23,904 nt of DNA from Candidatus Thorarchaeota archaeon (lineage in GTDB: Archaea; Asgardarchaeota; Thorarchaeia; Thorarchaeales; Thorarchaeaceae), in the NCBI GenBank assembly GCA_029858305.1, contig JAOUFI010000030.1, positions 1-23,904 of the forward strand, in the 5' to 3' direction. The notes beneath the pieces were generated by a model, which was not told the DNA's origin, did not search any database, and worked only from the letters and a program-made list of their open reading frames with translations. The translations under genes were made by a program, and so were the position numbers. Every line of letters starts with the position of its first letter. Position 1 is the stretch's first letter. Positions 8,219 to 16,792 of this stretch are shown here, one piece after another.

Positions 8219-9130
8219 TCAATTATTGCCAATTAGTCTCTGGGCAAACCAATCTGGATCGAATTGCTCAATATCATCGTAACCCTGTCCGATTCCTATG
8301 AGGACGATGGGTCGTCCAGTAATGAAGGCGATAGAAAGTGCTGCGCCGCCTGATGGATCCGCGTCTACCTTTGTGAGAATTGCCCCGTTGATATCAATGG
8401 CTGCGTTGAACTCCCTTGCCTGTGAAAGCGCGTCATTCCCAGCTAAAGCATCTCCTACAAAGAGTTTGAGGTCTGGATTAGCAACTCGTACTATTTTCTT
8501 CATCTCTTCCAAGAGGTTCTTGTTACTCTGCATCCTTCCAGCGCTATCTATCAATACCACGTCAATATGCTTTGCCTTTGCATGTGCGATGGCATCGAAA
8601 GCTACTGCTGCAGCATCCGCCCCATAGTCTTGTTTGATGAGTCGAATTCCCACACGTTCTGCGTGGCGCTCTAACTGTTCAATACTCCCAGCTCGGTAAG
8701 TATCTGCTGCTGCGATAACCACAGAAAATCCACTCTTCTTGAGCATATTTGCAACCTTGGCAAGTGTCGTGGTCTTTCCTGTACCATTGACTCCAACGAA
8801 AAGAATTGTTGTAATTTCCCCTTTAGTCTTCTTTTCCTTCACAAACTCCATTAGGTCAAGTGGATGTTTCGGGGTTAGTACTTCCAATATGGATTCGAAT
8901 ATTGCCGTCCTGAATAGCTTGCTTACGTTTTCTAGTCTTCCTGTTCGAGTTCCAAGGAGTTTCTCCTTCGTGAGTTCACAGATGTGCTCAGCTGCTTCGA
9001 CTGCAACATCATTCTGTATCAATACCATCTGCAGTTCCCAGACTGCGTCTTTGAGGTTCTTCTCGCTCAGTTCTTTTGTAGTAGTCTTTACGACCGCTTT
9101 TTCAAGAGATCCCCTGAGTTTATCAAACAC
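8219..9130 (-). CDS. ftsY: SRP receptor FtsY (NG domain only)
   Basis: GVNGTGKTTT, DTYRAG, DSAGR, TKVD, GIGQGYDD motifs. Confidence 0.96.
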   Translation of the reverse strand: MFDKLRGSLEKAVVKTTTKELSEKNLKDAVWELQMVLIQNDVAVEAAEHICELTKEKLLGTRTGRLENVSKLFRTAIFESILEVLTPKHPLDLMEFVKEKKTKGEITTILFVGVNGTGKTTTLAKVANMLKKSGFSVVIAAADTYRAGSIEQLERHAERVGIRLIKQDYGADAAAVAFDAIAHAKAKHIDVVLIDSAGRMQSNKNLLEEMKKIVRVANPDLKLFVGDALAGNDALSQAREFNAAIDINGAILTKVDADPSGGAALSIAFITGRPIVLIGIGQGYDDIEQFDPDWFAQRLIGNN

Positions 9131-9143
9131 TCAGTATCGCCCC

Positions 9144-9584
9144 CTACTCTTGAGAAGCACCGTTCTGAACCTTTGCCGCAAGTTGTTGGAACTGCGAGTT
9201 CAAAGCCGAGGCACGAGCGATAAGCTTCTGATATTCCTCTGTCATCGATTGGTACTGCTTCTCAAGGCCCTCAATTGAGCTCTGTACTGCTTTCTTGGCT
9301 TCTTCCAAGCTTTGTTCAATTCTGACACCACTGCCAATTCCTCGGGTCACCTTTGAGGGATTAACAAGTCTTGCCTCAACGAAGATATTACCACCGACAT
9401 TCATCATCATCTCCTCTCCCTCACTCTTCCCCTCAATTTCCTTAAGGACCATGAGCCCCGATTGGTAATTAGTCAGATAGGCCTGTATTATCTCAATTCT
9501 TTGCTGTAGCACTGAGATATTTGATTCTGTAATCTGCTGTTCAGTATAGATTCTCTGGAGAAGTTGCTGTTGCTCTTCACTCAT
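9144..9584 (-). CDS. pfdA: Prefoldin alpha subunit
   Basis: Coiled coils flanking two beta-hairpins (NVGGNIFV, GIGSGVRIE). Conserved rpl18a-pfdA-ftsY order. Confidence 0.93.
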   Translation of the reverse strand: MSEEQQQLLQRIYTEQQITESNISVLQQRIEIIQAYLTNYQSGLMVLKEIEGKSEGEEMMMNVGGNIFVEARLVNPSKVTRGIGSGVRIEQSLEEAKKAVQSSIEGLEKQYQSMTEEYQKLIARASALNSQFQQLAAKVQNGASQE

Positions 9585-9826
9585 GAGAACTCGCTCTCCA
9601 GACCAAGAATTCTCCGAAGGTCCAGATCTGTCACTTCTTCAGGTTTGAGTTGTTTGACCTCACTGATAGTAATATATTTCCTTCTTACTCGATGACGACT
9701 GCCAAGTTCTGAGAATATTTTCTCGCGAACATGGTCTTCCTTTTCGCCAAGAAGCTCCCTAGTGAATCTGAATTTTCTTTTATTCTTTGTATACTCGCCT
9801 GATGCTCGCCAAATTTTTGAACTCAT
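9581..9826 (-). CDS. rpl18a: 50S ribosomal protein L18Ae/LX (eL20)
   Basis: EKIFSELGSRHRVRRKYI motif. ATG at 9826 after a GAGGTG SD. Confidence 0.93.
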   Translation of the reverse strand: MSSKIWRASGEYTKNKRKFRFTRELLGEKEDHVREKIFSELGSRHRVRRKYITISEVKQLKPEEVTDLDLRRILGLESEFS

Positions 9827-9842
9827 ATTGGTCACACCTCAT

Positions 9843-10508
9843 CTAAACGAATCCTAGAACCTGACTGATATGGGCAAGTTCCACACCCGTTGTGTCAGAT
9901 CCTGCGATCATTCCATCAACATTAGCTAGCACGCCCAGACTGGTGTAGGGGCTACCTCTGTTAACTGTTCCAACCTCTACCTGTACTTTTAACAGCTGTG
10001 ATAGCTGGTCAATCTCTTCACTTGTTGCTAAGGGATGGACCACTGCTCCTTGATTTGTAATAACGGAATTCGCTCCTACTATTGGCAGTTTGGCAATAGT
10101 GTATGGCATCACTTCAACACCAAGGACATCCGAGATTTTCTGTCTTGACTTCGAGTTGAAATCCGGGTGACATATAGCTCCATTATCATTTGCTGCGATG
10201 ATGTTACCCAGAGCTGTCATCTTGTCATCAATCCAGTCTACATTGACCTCTGAAGATTTCTTCAGTGTTTTCAGTTCTTCATCTGTAGTTGTATAGGGAA
10301 CAAGAATTCCATTGGAAGTGGCTGCTGACATAAGACCCACTGCATCTAATGTCGCAACAGTGGATTGAATTAGTGGGAGGTTAAACACTCTCTCCACATC
10401 GCTCAGACTCTTCTCTGAAATATTGGGGCTGATAAATACAAAACGGTCTGTGGCGATTCCATAAGCTCCAACATTAGAATCGCCCTCGAAGTTCGTTCGG
10501 GCGATCAT
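9843..10508 (-). CDS. eif6: Translation initiation factor aIF6/eIF6
   Basis: ALGNIIAANDNGA, GTVNRGS, GSDTTGVEL motifs. Confidence 0.96.
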   Translation of the reverse strand: MIARTNFEGDSNVGAYGIATDRFVFISPNISEKSLSDVERVFNLPLIQSTVATLDAVGLMSAATSNGILVPYTTTDEELKTLKKSSEVNVDWIDDKMTALGNIIAANDNGAICHPDFNSKSRQKISDVLGVEVMPYTIAKLPIVGANSVITNQGAVVHPLATSEEIDQLSQLLKVQVEVGTVNRGSPYTSLGVLANVDGMIAGSDTTGVELAHISQVLGFV

Positions 10509-10514
10509 TCTAGG

Positions 10515-10931
10515 CTATCCCTCCGCAAGATAGACACGTACAAGATTATCTGAATTCTTAGTAGCTCTGATTCTGAGCCTTCTTGGTGGTTTCTGAATGC
10601 CTCTAGCCCATATTCGATCATTGACTTCGGGCTGAATAAGAAGTTCTTCAGGTTTCATATGTTTCTCAACAAACTCTCTGAGAATTCTCACGGATCTATT
10701 GGCTCGACGAGGTCTACTACCAGTCCAATATGCTCTCCGTAGGGGGACCGTGTAAATGCGCTCGTCAATAATCTCCTCTTCTTCAGGTACAGCCTCTTCA
10801 GCAACTTTCTCTTCAGCCTTAGGTGCTTCTACCTCAGTGGGTGCTTCCTCTAATTCATCGATCTCTTCAATCTCTTCCAGTTCTGGTTCTTCTTTAGAGA
10901 CCTTGGCTTTGGTTTCTTTCTTCTTTGACAT
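10515..10931 (-). CDS. rpl31e: 50S ribosomal protein L31e with acidic N-terminal extension
   Basis: ERIYTVPLR, IWARGIQKPPRRLRI motifs. Confidence 0.95.
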   Translation of the reverse strand: MSKKKETKAKVSKEEPELEEIEEIDELEEAPTEVEAPKAEEKVAEEAVPEEEEIIDERIYTVPLRRAYWTGSRPRRANRSVRILREFVEKHMKPEELLIQPEVNDRIWARGIQKPPRRLRIRATKNSDNLVRVYLAEG

Positions 10932-10945
10932 TTAGACCCACCTTA

Positions 10946-11101
10946 CTATGGCTTCAGCTTTGACTGGCGCCAGTTTCGCTGCCCTGGTGTTCTTCTGGTC
11001 TTACCACCGGTCTTCATAACGACCCATGATGGTACAGAGGAATTACTCCGCATTGCTTTTGCCATTCTAAGTTTCTTTGCGAGTGGCTTGTTTCGTGCCA
11101 T
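10946..11101 (-). CDS. rpl39e: 50S ribosomal protein L39e
   Basis: Below the track cutoff. Hand translation [51 protein letters not shown] (51 aa). AGGTGA SD. Confidence 0.96.
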   Translation of the reverse strand: MARNKPLAKKLRMAKAMRSNSSVPSWVVMKTGGKTRRTPGQRNWRQSKLKP

Positions 11102-11121
11102 ATTAATCACCTTTGCAGCTT

Positions 11122-11451
11122 TTACCTGAATGTTATTTTTCGTTCGCGCTCTTTTCCCTGCAGCTGCTGCAAGAGCGCCTTCAATTGTTCGTCAGTTACC
11201 TGACCTTTGAGTCGGCCAGAACTTGCAAGCTGAATTAACTGCATCTCGATTTGTTCAGCAAACTGCTGTTTTACCATCTTGATGTTGGTCAATCGTTGCC
11301 TTGCTTCAGGCGTAAGAATCTGCCTTAGTATTGCCTCTTTCTGAGCCTGTACTTCAGCAGCAGCTTGTTCTTCTGCCTTTTCTCTGAGTGCCTGTTGCTG
11401 AAGGGATGCCAATTTTCTTTGGCGAATAGCTTCTAGCTCATCATCACTCAT
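11122..11451 (-). CDS. PDCD5/TFAR19-like DNA-binding protein
   Basis: [34 protein letters not shown] motifs. Conserved position between rps19e and rpl39e. Confidence 0.93.
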   Translation of the reverse strand: MSDDELEAIRQRKLASLQQQALREKAEEQAAAEVQAQKEAILRQILTPEARQRLTNIKMVKQQFAEQIEMQLIQLASSGRLKGQVTDEQLKALLQQLQGKERERKITFR

Positions 11452-11469
11452 TCTGCCATGTCACCTGGC

Positions 11470-11922
11470 TTAGTACTTTTCAAGCTCTGGAATAGCCTTT
11501 GAGAGTTCCAACTTCAAGGTCCCTGATAGCTTGTCCATATATGACCTACCTATATCAGTCATTTCTCGTCCCTTGCCACCACGTTTTTTCACGAAACCTG
11601 CCCGTTCGAGTTGTTGTAGTGCAGTCCTAATGATTGCACCACCGCCCTTGGCGAACTCGTTTGGATGGTTTCCACGCCGATTCCTTCCTCCGTACGCGAT
11701 ACGCAATTTTCCAGTTCCTACTGGTCCGTAGAGATAGAGTTTCCTCAGGATGCTTGCACATCTGACGTACCAGAAGTCCGCATCATCCGGAGCTCTCTCT
11801 TTATGGATTCCAGTCTTTACATATGGAACCCAGTCTGGAGGAGATATCTCTTCTCTAGACTTCAGGTCCTGAGCGAGTCGCCGAATCAGGATGTTGGCTG
11901 GGATATCATAGACTGTAGGCAT
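11470..11922 (-). CDS. rps19e: 30S ribosomal protein S19e
   Basis: MPTVYD, PPDW..VKTG.HKE, WYVRCASILRKLY, LQQLE.AG motifs. Confidence 0.97.
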   Translation of the reverse strand: MPTVYDIPANILIRRLAQDLKSREEISPPDWVPYVKTGIHKERAPDDADFWYVRCASILRKLYLYGPVGTGKLRIAYGGRNRRGNHPNEFAKGGGAIIRTALQQLERAGFVKKRGGKGREMTDIGRSYMDKLSGTLKLELSKAIPELEKY

Positions 11923-11940
11923 TATCAGTCACCAATCTTA

Positions 11941-11986
11941 TTGAGTACGGTCACCTAACACGATTTCGGCCGGAGACCTACCTCAA
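11941..11986 (-). ncRNA. Irregular hairpin in the rps19e 5' leader
   Basis: UUGA/UCAA, GUA/UAC, GGUC/GACC, CC/GG, GGC/GUU and CG/CG segments nest into one stem with single-nt bulges. Confidence 0.4.
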
Positions 11987-12012
11987 AAGGCTGGAGTCAC
12001 CGTCTAGACTCC

Positions 12013-12021
12013 GCTTAAAAG
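12013..12021 (-). promoter_or_regulatory. Putative TATA box for the rps19e unit
   Basis: CTTTTAAGC on the minus strand. Predicts a start near 11990. Confidence 0.5.
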
Positions 12022-12053
12022 ATTGTCGTTGTGTTGGAGAAAAGCTTGTTGAT

Positions 12054-12335
12054 TTATGCTCTTTGAGACGCACGAAACCTGAATATAATTGCAGTATTTC
12101 CTCGAACACCTGCAAGTCTGGCTCCCGTCTTTTCACACAGACTATTGATGAGCTCAAGTTTGTCACTCTCTTCCATTGCACTGCGTAGCATACGAACCTT
12201 GATGTATTGATGTTTCTTAAGTAGGCGCACAATTTCCTTGACTAGATTATCTGAGACTCCTCCCTTTCCAATCTGAGCCATTGCTGGATCTTGCCATGCT
12301 ATCTTTACTCTTGCAGGATCTGCTTCAGATTTCAT
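12054..12335 (-). CDS. yhbY: YhbY/CRM-domain RNA-binding protein
   Basis: QIGKGGVSDNLVKEI...HQYIKVR...RGNTAIIFR CRM pattern. rpp21-yhbY-rps19e synteny. Confidence 0.9.
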   Translation of the reverse strand: MKSEADPARVKIAWQDPAMAQIGKGGVSDNLVKEIVRLLKKHQYIKVRMLRSAMEESDKLELINSLCEKTGARLAGVRGNTAIIFRFRASQRA

Positions 12336-12392
12336 TCTTCATCACTCGTTTTGTCTTTTTCATCTTTGATTAACCTATGCCTGTGACCTTGT

Positions 12393-12710
12393 CTAGGATG
12401 CATAATACCTCTTGATATGTCCACACTCTGTGCATGTGACCACTACATGTCTCGACCTGTTATGCCTAATCCTGACTCTACAGGTATCTCCGGGAATCAG
12501 GATAGTGCCGCACCCTTTACAGATCCTTCTATTGACTTCTCGTGGGATTTTGATTCGTGCTCGTTGTGCAATCTTCCGAGCGCTTAACATCTGTTTCCGA
12601 GCAATCTCCGGTCGTATTTTTGCCTCTTGCAGAGCCTGTCTCCAGAGAATCCCTATCCTTGCCTGTGCGAGTCGATGTATCTTTTCCTTTGCGAACTTTC
12701 TCTTTGACAA
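12393..12710 (-). CDS. rnp4: Ribonuclease P protein component 4 (Rpp21)
   Basis: ICKGCGTILIPG and TCTECGHIKRY zinc ribbon. GAGGTGA SD before the TTG. Confidence 0.95.
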   Translation of the reverse strand: MSKRKFAKEKIHRLAQARIGILWRQALQEAKIRPEIARKQMLSARKIAQRARIKIPREVNRRICKGCGTILIPGDTCRVRIRHNRSRHVVVTCTECGHIKRYYAS

Positions 12711-12787
12711 GGATTCACCTCTTGATCTTTAGACAGCGTTCAAACTGCTTAAATTGTTCGTGTAACTCACTACATTAGGGGTCTATC

Positions 12788-13498
12788 ATGCTGACTGTGA
12801 TTCTATTAGACTGTGCTTTGGAGATTGTGCCCTCTGAGATATCTTCATTCAAGGACATTCAGAAACAGGCTGGTCGAAAGGGGAAGAAACCAAACGAGAT
12901 CTTGCTCGATCAAACATATCATGGTAGGGCGATGACAAAATTAGACAAGAGCGATAGACGAGGTCGACCTGATATTATTTTCCATTCCCTTGTGACGCTC
13001 CTAGAAACCCCCCTCTGTAAGGAAGGACTCCTCAGAGTCTATCTCCATCTTCAAGACAAACGAGTTGTTGAGATAAATCCCGAAGTTCGGCTCCCTCGTA
13101 ACTACGATCGATTCGTGGGTCTCATGGAGCAATTGCTCATCGAAAAGCGTGTTCCTGTTGAGGGAGAACCGCTGCTTGAAATCACTAGACGGACCCTCAC
13201 TGATCTACTCTCCAAGCTGAAGGAAGAACACAGTGGTACTACAACAATCCTAGCAATAGAGGGCGGAAAAAGAACTGGTGTACAGGATTTCAGGGACTTG
13301 TTACCAGATGATGCATCAGTTCCAGTAGTCGTGGGCATTGGTGCATTCCCGCATGGTGATCTCTCAGAGGACATCAAGCAGCTATTCGACCTACATCTGG
13401 AACTCGATAGAGAAGTCATGATGGCTTGGCACGTGTGTGCTGAAGTCCTCTGGATATACTCTGAGCGAATAGATGTGATTCGTAGACGATACTCTTAG
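12788..13498 (+). CDS. nep1: rRNA small subunit pseudouridine methyltransferase Nep1/Emg1
   Basis: RRGRPDI.F.SL, RLPRNYDRFVGLMEQLL, IGAFPHG motifs. Confidence 0.95.
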   Translation: MLTVILLDCALEIVPSEISSFKDIQKQAGRKGKKPNEILLDQTYHGRAMTKLDKSDRRGRPDIIFHSLVTLLETPLCKEGLLRVYLHLQDKRVVEINPEVRLPRNYDRFVGLMEQLLIEKRVPVEGEPLLEITRRTLTDLLSKLKEEHSGTTTILAIEGGKRTGVQDFRDLLPDDASVPVVVGIGAFPHGDLSEDIKQLFDLHLELDREVMMAWHVCAEVLWIYSERIDVIRRRYS

Positions 13499-13642
13499 AT
13501 CTAATCTTTGATGGTTCACACCTAGCATCCTCGAACAGTCCCTCTACATTCTTGTTTCTGCCATTTCCTGTGAGGTTGTTTTTCAACACAATGTTCCTAC
13601 TGTCAAAAGACTCATATCTAGATATATTCGCGAATCCATGTC

Positions 13643-15088
13643 ATGGGGGAATTTCTTCAATCAAATCATAGTCCTACAATGGATGAATCAAGAATATCGT
13701 GGTTCTCTCGACGAGACTTGGTTCTCATCATTATCGGAGGAACAGTATCTGCATCTCTTGGTCTACTCCTTGCGAGTCCTATAGGTTCAAGTTATGACTT
13801 TGCACCTCTCATCTTCTCAGCAAACACCGTTTCTATGGTCTTTGCTACTGGCCTGTTTTTCTTTTTGACAGCGGGTCTATTACTTGGTAGTCGTTCATCT
13901 CATCTCTACCTCTTGTGTAAGATTAAAGAGATTGGAACAAGGAAAGCGTTTCTAATCCGTATTCTTCATATCCTAGTATTCACAACCAGCTTCACAATTA
14001 TCTTCACCGTCGTCGTATTCTTGTACCCAGTGATTCTTGCTGCAATGGCGTATTACCCTGTCAGCTTCAACCACTTCTCCTTTTTCCCAGCCGTCCTCGG
14101 AGCATCGCTGATTGGATCAGTACTACTAGCCTTGATAGCATCATCTCTTGCTATCCTCACAGATGACTCACGGCTATGTACGATACTAGGGTGTGTGTCG
14201 ACTCTATTAATTGCATTTCTTGGTGGTTGGAACACAGTGTCCAATCCCTGGACCTATTCACTCACTCGAAACCTAGCCTTTCTGAGCCCGCATAACATGG
14301 TCCGCGCGCTGGCAATTGTACTGAGTGGCTATCAGTTCGAGAATGCTAACAGAATGATTGAATTTGTAGGATTTGCTTTTTCAACGGAGAGTCTTGCTAT
14401 TGCATTCTTTCTTCTTGGTATAATATCGATTATGTTAGTCATCGTAGGGCAGAAGGTTATGATTAGGAATTCGAAGCGCTGGATTGCCTTAGGAGGCATA
14501 ACTCCAAGTCAAGAGATTTGGTCTACAGCAGTTCCTACTGAGAAAGGCTTGCTAACCAATCGCATCAAACGTGGTCTGCGGATTCAGAGAGGACTGACAA
14601 CACTTGTCATTGGTGCTCTCCTTGTATCAATGATGGCAGGCGTGTCGATGTATACCACATACCTGAGTAATAGCACATTATTCATTCATTATGTCAGTCC
14701 TGGCGACAAAGAGATGATTTCAGTGGGGAAATGGAACATTTATGGCGTCGATGTTCAACCACCATACCCAGGTCTCTTTAATGGCCTGTATTTTTACTGT
14801 TTTATTGAAACTTGGGGGAATGCCTCAGACTCCTTAAGTTTCTATTTTGGTATCGTTGCGATGAACTCCACCGAGTTCAATTCCATTGATGAAGAGGGTC
14901 GTCTTGCGTTACTCCCAGGTTATCGATTGAACCAAACATGGGATGGTGGTGGAGGATTTGGCTTGGGCGATAACCTTGGGGAATCATATGGTTCGTACAT
15001 TTGTGTCCTGTTGATTATAGCAGATGCGAATCCTATGGAGAATAGCTACATCGAGACTTCCCTGCTCATTATCCAAAATGGCCTTTGA
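13643..15088 (+). CDS. Multi-pass membrane protein (ABC-2 permease-like topology) with a C-terminal extracytoplasmic domain
   Basis: About seven hydrophobic segments, a FLSPH motif before the sixth, then a beta-rich soluble tail with N-x-S/T sequons. Function unknown; start could be ATG at 13679. Confidence 0.6.
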   Translation: MGEFLQSNHSPTMDESRISWFSRRDLVLIIIGGTVSASLGLLLASPIGSSYDFAPLIFSANTVSMVFATGLFFFLTAGLLLGSRSSHLYLLCKIKEIGTRKAFLIRILHILVFTTSFTIIFTVVVFLYPVILAAMAYYPVSFNHFSFFPAVLGASLIGSVLLALIASSLAILTDDSRLCTILGCVSTLLIAFLGGWNTVSNPWTYSLTRNLAFLSPHNMVRALAIVLSGYQFENANRMIEFVGFAFSTESLAIAFFLLGIISIMLVIVGQKVMIRNSKRWIALGGITPSQEIWSTAVPTEKGLLTNRIKRGLRIQRGLTTLVIGALLVSMMAGVSMYTTYLSNSTLFIHYVSPGDKEMISVGKWNIYGVDVQPPYPGLFNGLYFYCFIETWGNASDSLSFYFGIVAMNSTEFNSIDEEGRLALLPGYRLNQTWDGGGGFGLGDNLGESYGSYICVLLIIADANPMENSYIETSLLIIQNGL

Positions 15089-15198
15089 CAATCAATCAAG
15101 CAGCTCTGAAGTGTGAATGAGAAATCCTATTGAAGGCAGATACCCATAGGATAGAAGCCTTCCACTGACCTGTCTGGTATGATTCACTTTATCAATAC

Positions 15199-15207
15199 TC
15201 TTAAATC
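15199..15207 (+). promoter_or_regulatory. Putative TATA box for tRNA-Gly
   Basis: TCTTAAATC about 30 nt before the mature tRNA 5' end. Confidence 0.45.
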
Positions 15208-15237
15208 GCAAACACAAGCAGTCATGTTTTAACGCCT

Positions 15238-15315
15238 GCGGCCATAGTCTAGCCTGGTCTAGGATAGAACCCTTCCAAGGTTCTGAGCCGGGTTCAAATC
15301 CCGGTGGCCGCACCA
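15238..15315 (+). tRNA. tRNA-Gly(TCC), intronless, CCA encoded
   Basis: Acceptor GCGGCCA/TGGCCGC, anticodon arm GAACC-CTTCCAA-GGTTC (TCC at 15274-15276), T arm CCGGG-TTCAAAT-CCCGG, ends ACCA. Confidence 0.97.
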
Positions 15316-15380
15316 TCTCTCTCAACAATTATCTTTGGCTATTTCAAAAGACCAATGATGTTGCTTGAAACGGGCTTTTT

Positions 15381-16535
15381 TCAAGCAGGCTCGATTGATG
15401 TCGGTCCCTGGCTTTGATTTGGCAAAACTCTCGACTTCCTAACGTGTCTGCGTATCATGAATAACGAGGTGATTCCGATGAATGCTATCACGATGGGCAA
15501 TACAATGACATGGTCCGTCAATCCTTTCCACAATCTTTCCCCGTATAGATTACCCTTTTGAGTTCTCATAATTGTCCCCTTTGCTCCTACCATCCAGCCA
15601 TAGGTTTCATTGATGAATTCAATTGCGTTCATACGTGCATCTGTTTCGACATTCTGTGTGAACCAATCTAGTCCTCCATTTGGTGTAAAGGCAACAGGCG
15701 TTTCTAATCCTACAATCCAGCCAACCGAGCTCGTCAAGAATAGGATGTCAGAGAAATATGGGGGATTGAAGCCTCCTAATGGCGATGGGCGTGGAGGTGT
15801 AAGAGTGTTCCAGTTCAAGCCGTCCGCAGAATATGCCAGCATATTATCTGCGATAGCCCACGCAGTATGACTATCCACAAAACTAAGTGCCCAGCCTCCG
15901 TAATTGAATTGCTGCGACCAAGTATCTCCGAGGTCTGAACTATAATATATTCCATAATAGCCAATTATCCATATATTTGAAGCATTGATGTAGAAATCTC
16001 TGGATGTGTCATTATACTTCCATGATTCCACGGCTAACCATGTAAGACCTGAATCTCTAGTTGCATAGAGTATATCATTTGTGGAGGTCCAACCATGAGT
16101 ATTGTTGATGAAAGCAACTGCACTCAAGCCTGATGTTCCCGATCCTATTGTGCAACTATTCTGCCAGTTTTGACCTCCATTTGTTGTATACACTAATCGA
16201 CCTCGTCCTGTAACCCAGATAGTGCTCTGATTAACAATCGAAATTTGCCTGAATGTCTGGTTCGTATCATGGTATACTTCGAACCAAGAGTCGCCGCTGT
16301 CGTTTGTAGCTAAGATAACGCCTCCTCCAATGCCTTCAGTCGTTACACCCGCAACGAATCCATGTGTTCCGTTTAGGAATTCCACATCTCTGTAGCTCAT
16401 TTCTGAATTGTAGTACATATTATCAAGAGAATACCAGATTTGAACGCTGCTGGCAGAGGCAGTATTGGCGAAACTTCCGCATAACATCAAGGTGAGGATT
16501 GATATCACAATGAGCTCGTCAAAATGTCCATGCAT
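15381..16535 (-). CDS. Membrane-anchored BNR/Asp-box beta-propeller protein (YCF48-like)
   Basis: Signal peptide, Asp-boxes TNDSGDSW, TTNGGQNW, TRDSGLTW, SSDLGDTW, SADGLNW, TPNGGLDW, repeated (F)IN.T.GW blades, C-terminal TM followed by RRHVRK. Confidence 0.85.
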   Translation of the reverse strand: MHGHFDELIVISILTLMLCGSFANTASASSVQIWYSLDNMYYNSEMSYRDVEFLNGTHGFVAGVTTEGIGGGVILATNDSGDSWFEVYHDTNQTFRQISIVNQSTIWVTGRGRLVYTTNGGQNWQNSCTIGSGTSGLSAVAFINNTHGWTSTNDILYATRDSGLTWLAVESWKYNDTSRDFYINASNIWIIGYYGIYYSSDLGDTWSQQFNYGGWALSFVDSHTAWAIADNMLAYSADGLNWNTLTPPRPSPLGGFNPPYFSDILFLTSSVGWIVGLETPVAFTPNGGLDWFTQNVETDARMNAIEFINETYGWMVGAKGTIMRTQKGNLYGERLWKGLTDHVIVLPIVIAFIGITSLFMIRRHVRKSRVLPNQSQGPTSIEPA

Positions 16536-16792
16536 ATTACTCTACACCTTGAAATCCGTAATTCAGTCAACCATTGAATTGAAACTTCCCAATTTGCAGT
16601 GCATCGATAATGGCCCGAATAATCGGGCCGTTAAGGCAGACTTAGGTGGCGCATTTAAAATGGCGCTTTGTGTCGTCATATGAACTAGACCCTGTTGTCA
16701 CTTTTTTCGTTTTTTGCTTTTGTTTTTTCGTTAGAGTGCGAATTGCCTTCGGCGGATGTATATTGGGCAGAAGCAAATCAAGCTGTAACCTG

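Noticed and set aside
1141-12778. Many plus-strand ORFs (e.g. 1141-1434, 3329-3856, 5313-5888, 8739-9278, 12412-12732)
   Set aside because: Antisense shadows of well-supported minus-strand genes, with no recognisable motifs.
15092-15328. 78-aa minus-strand ORF, and ORFs 18681-18968 / 18787-18981
   Set aside because: Translations through the tRNA and the tRNA fragment.
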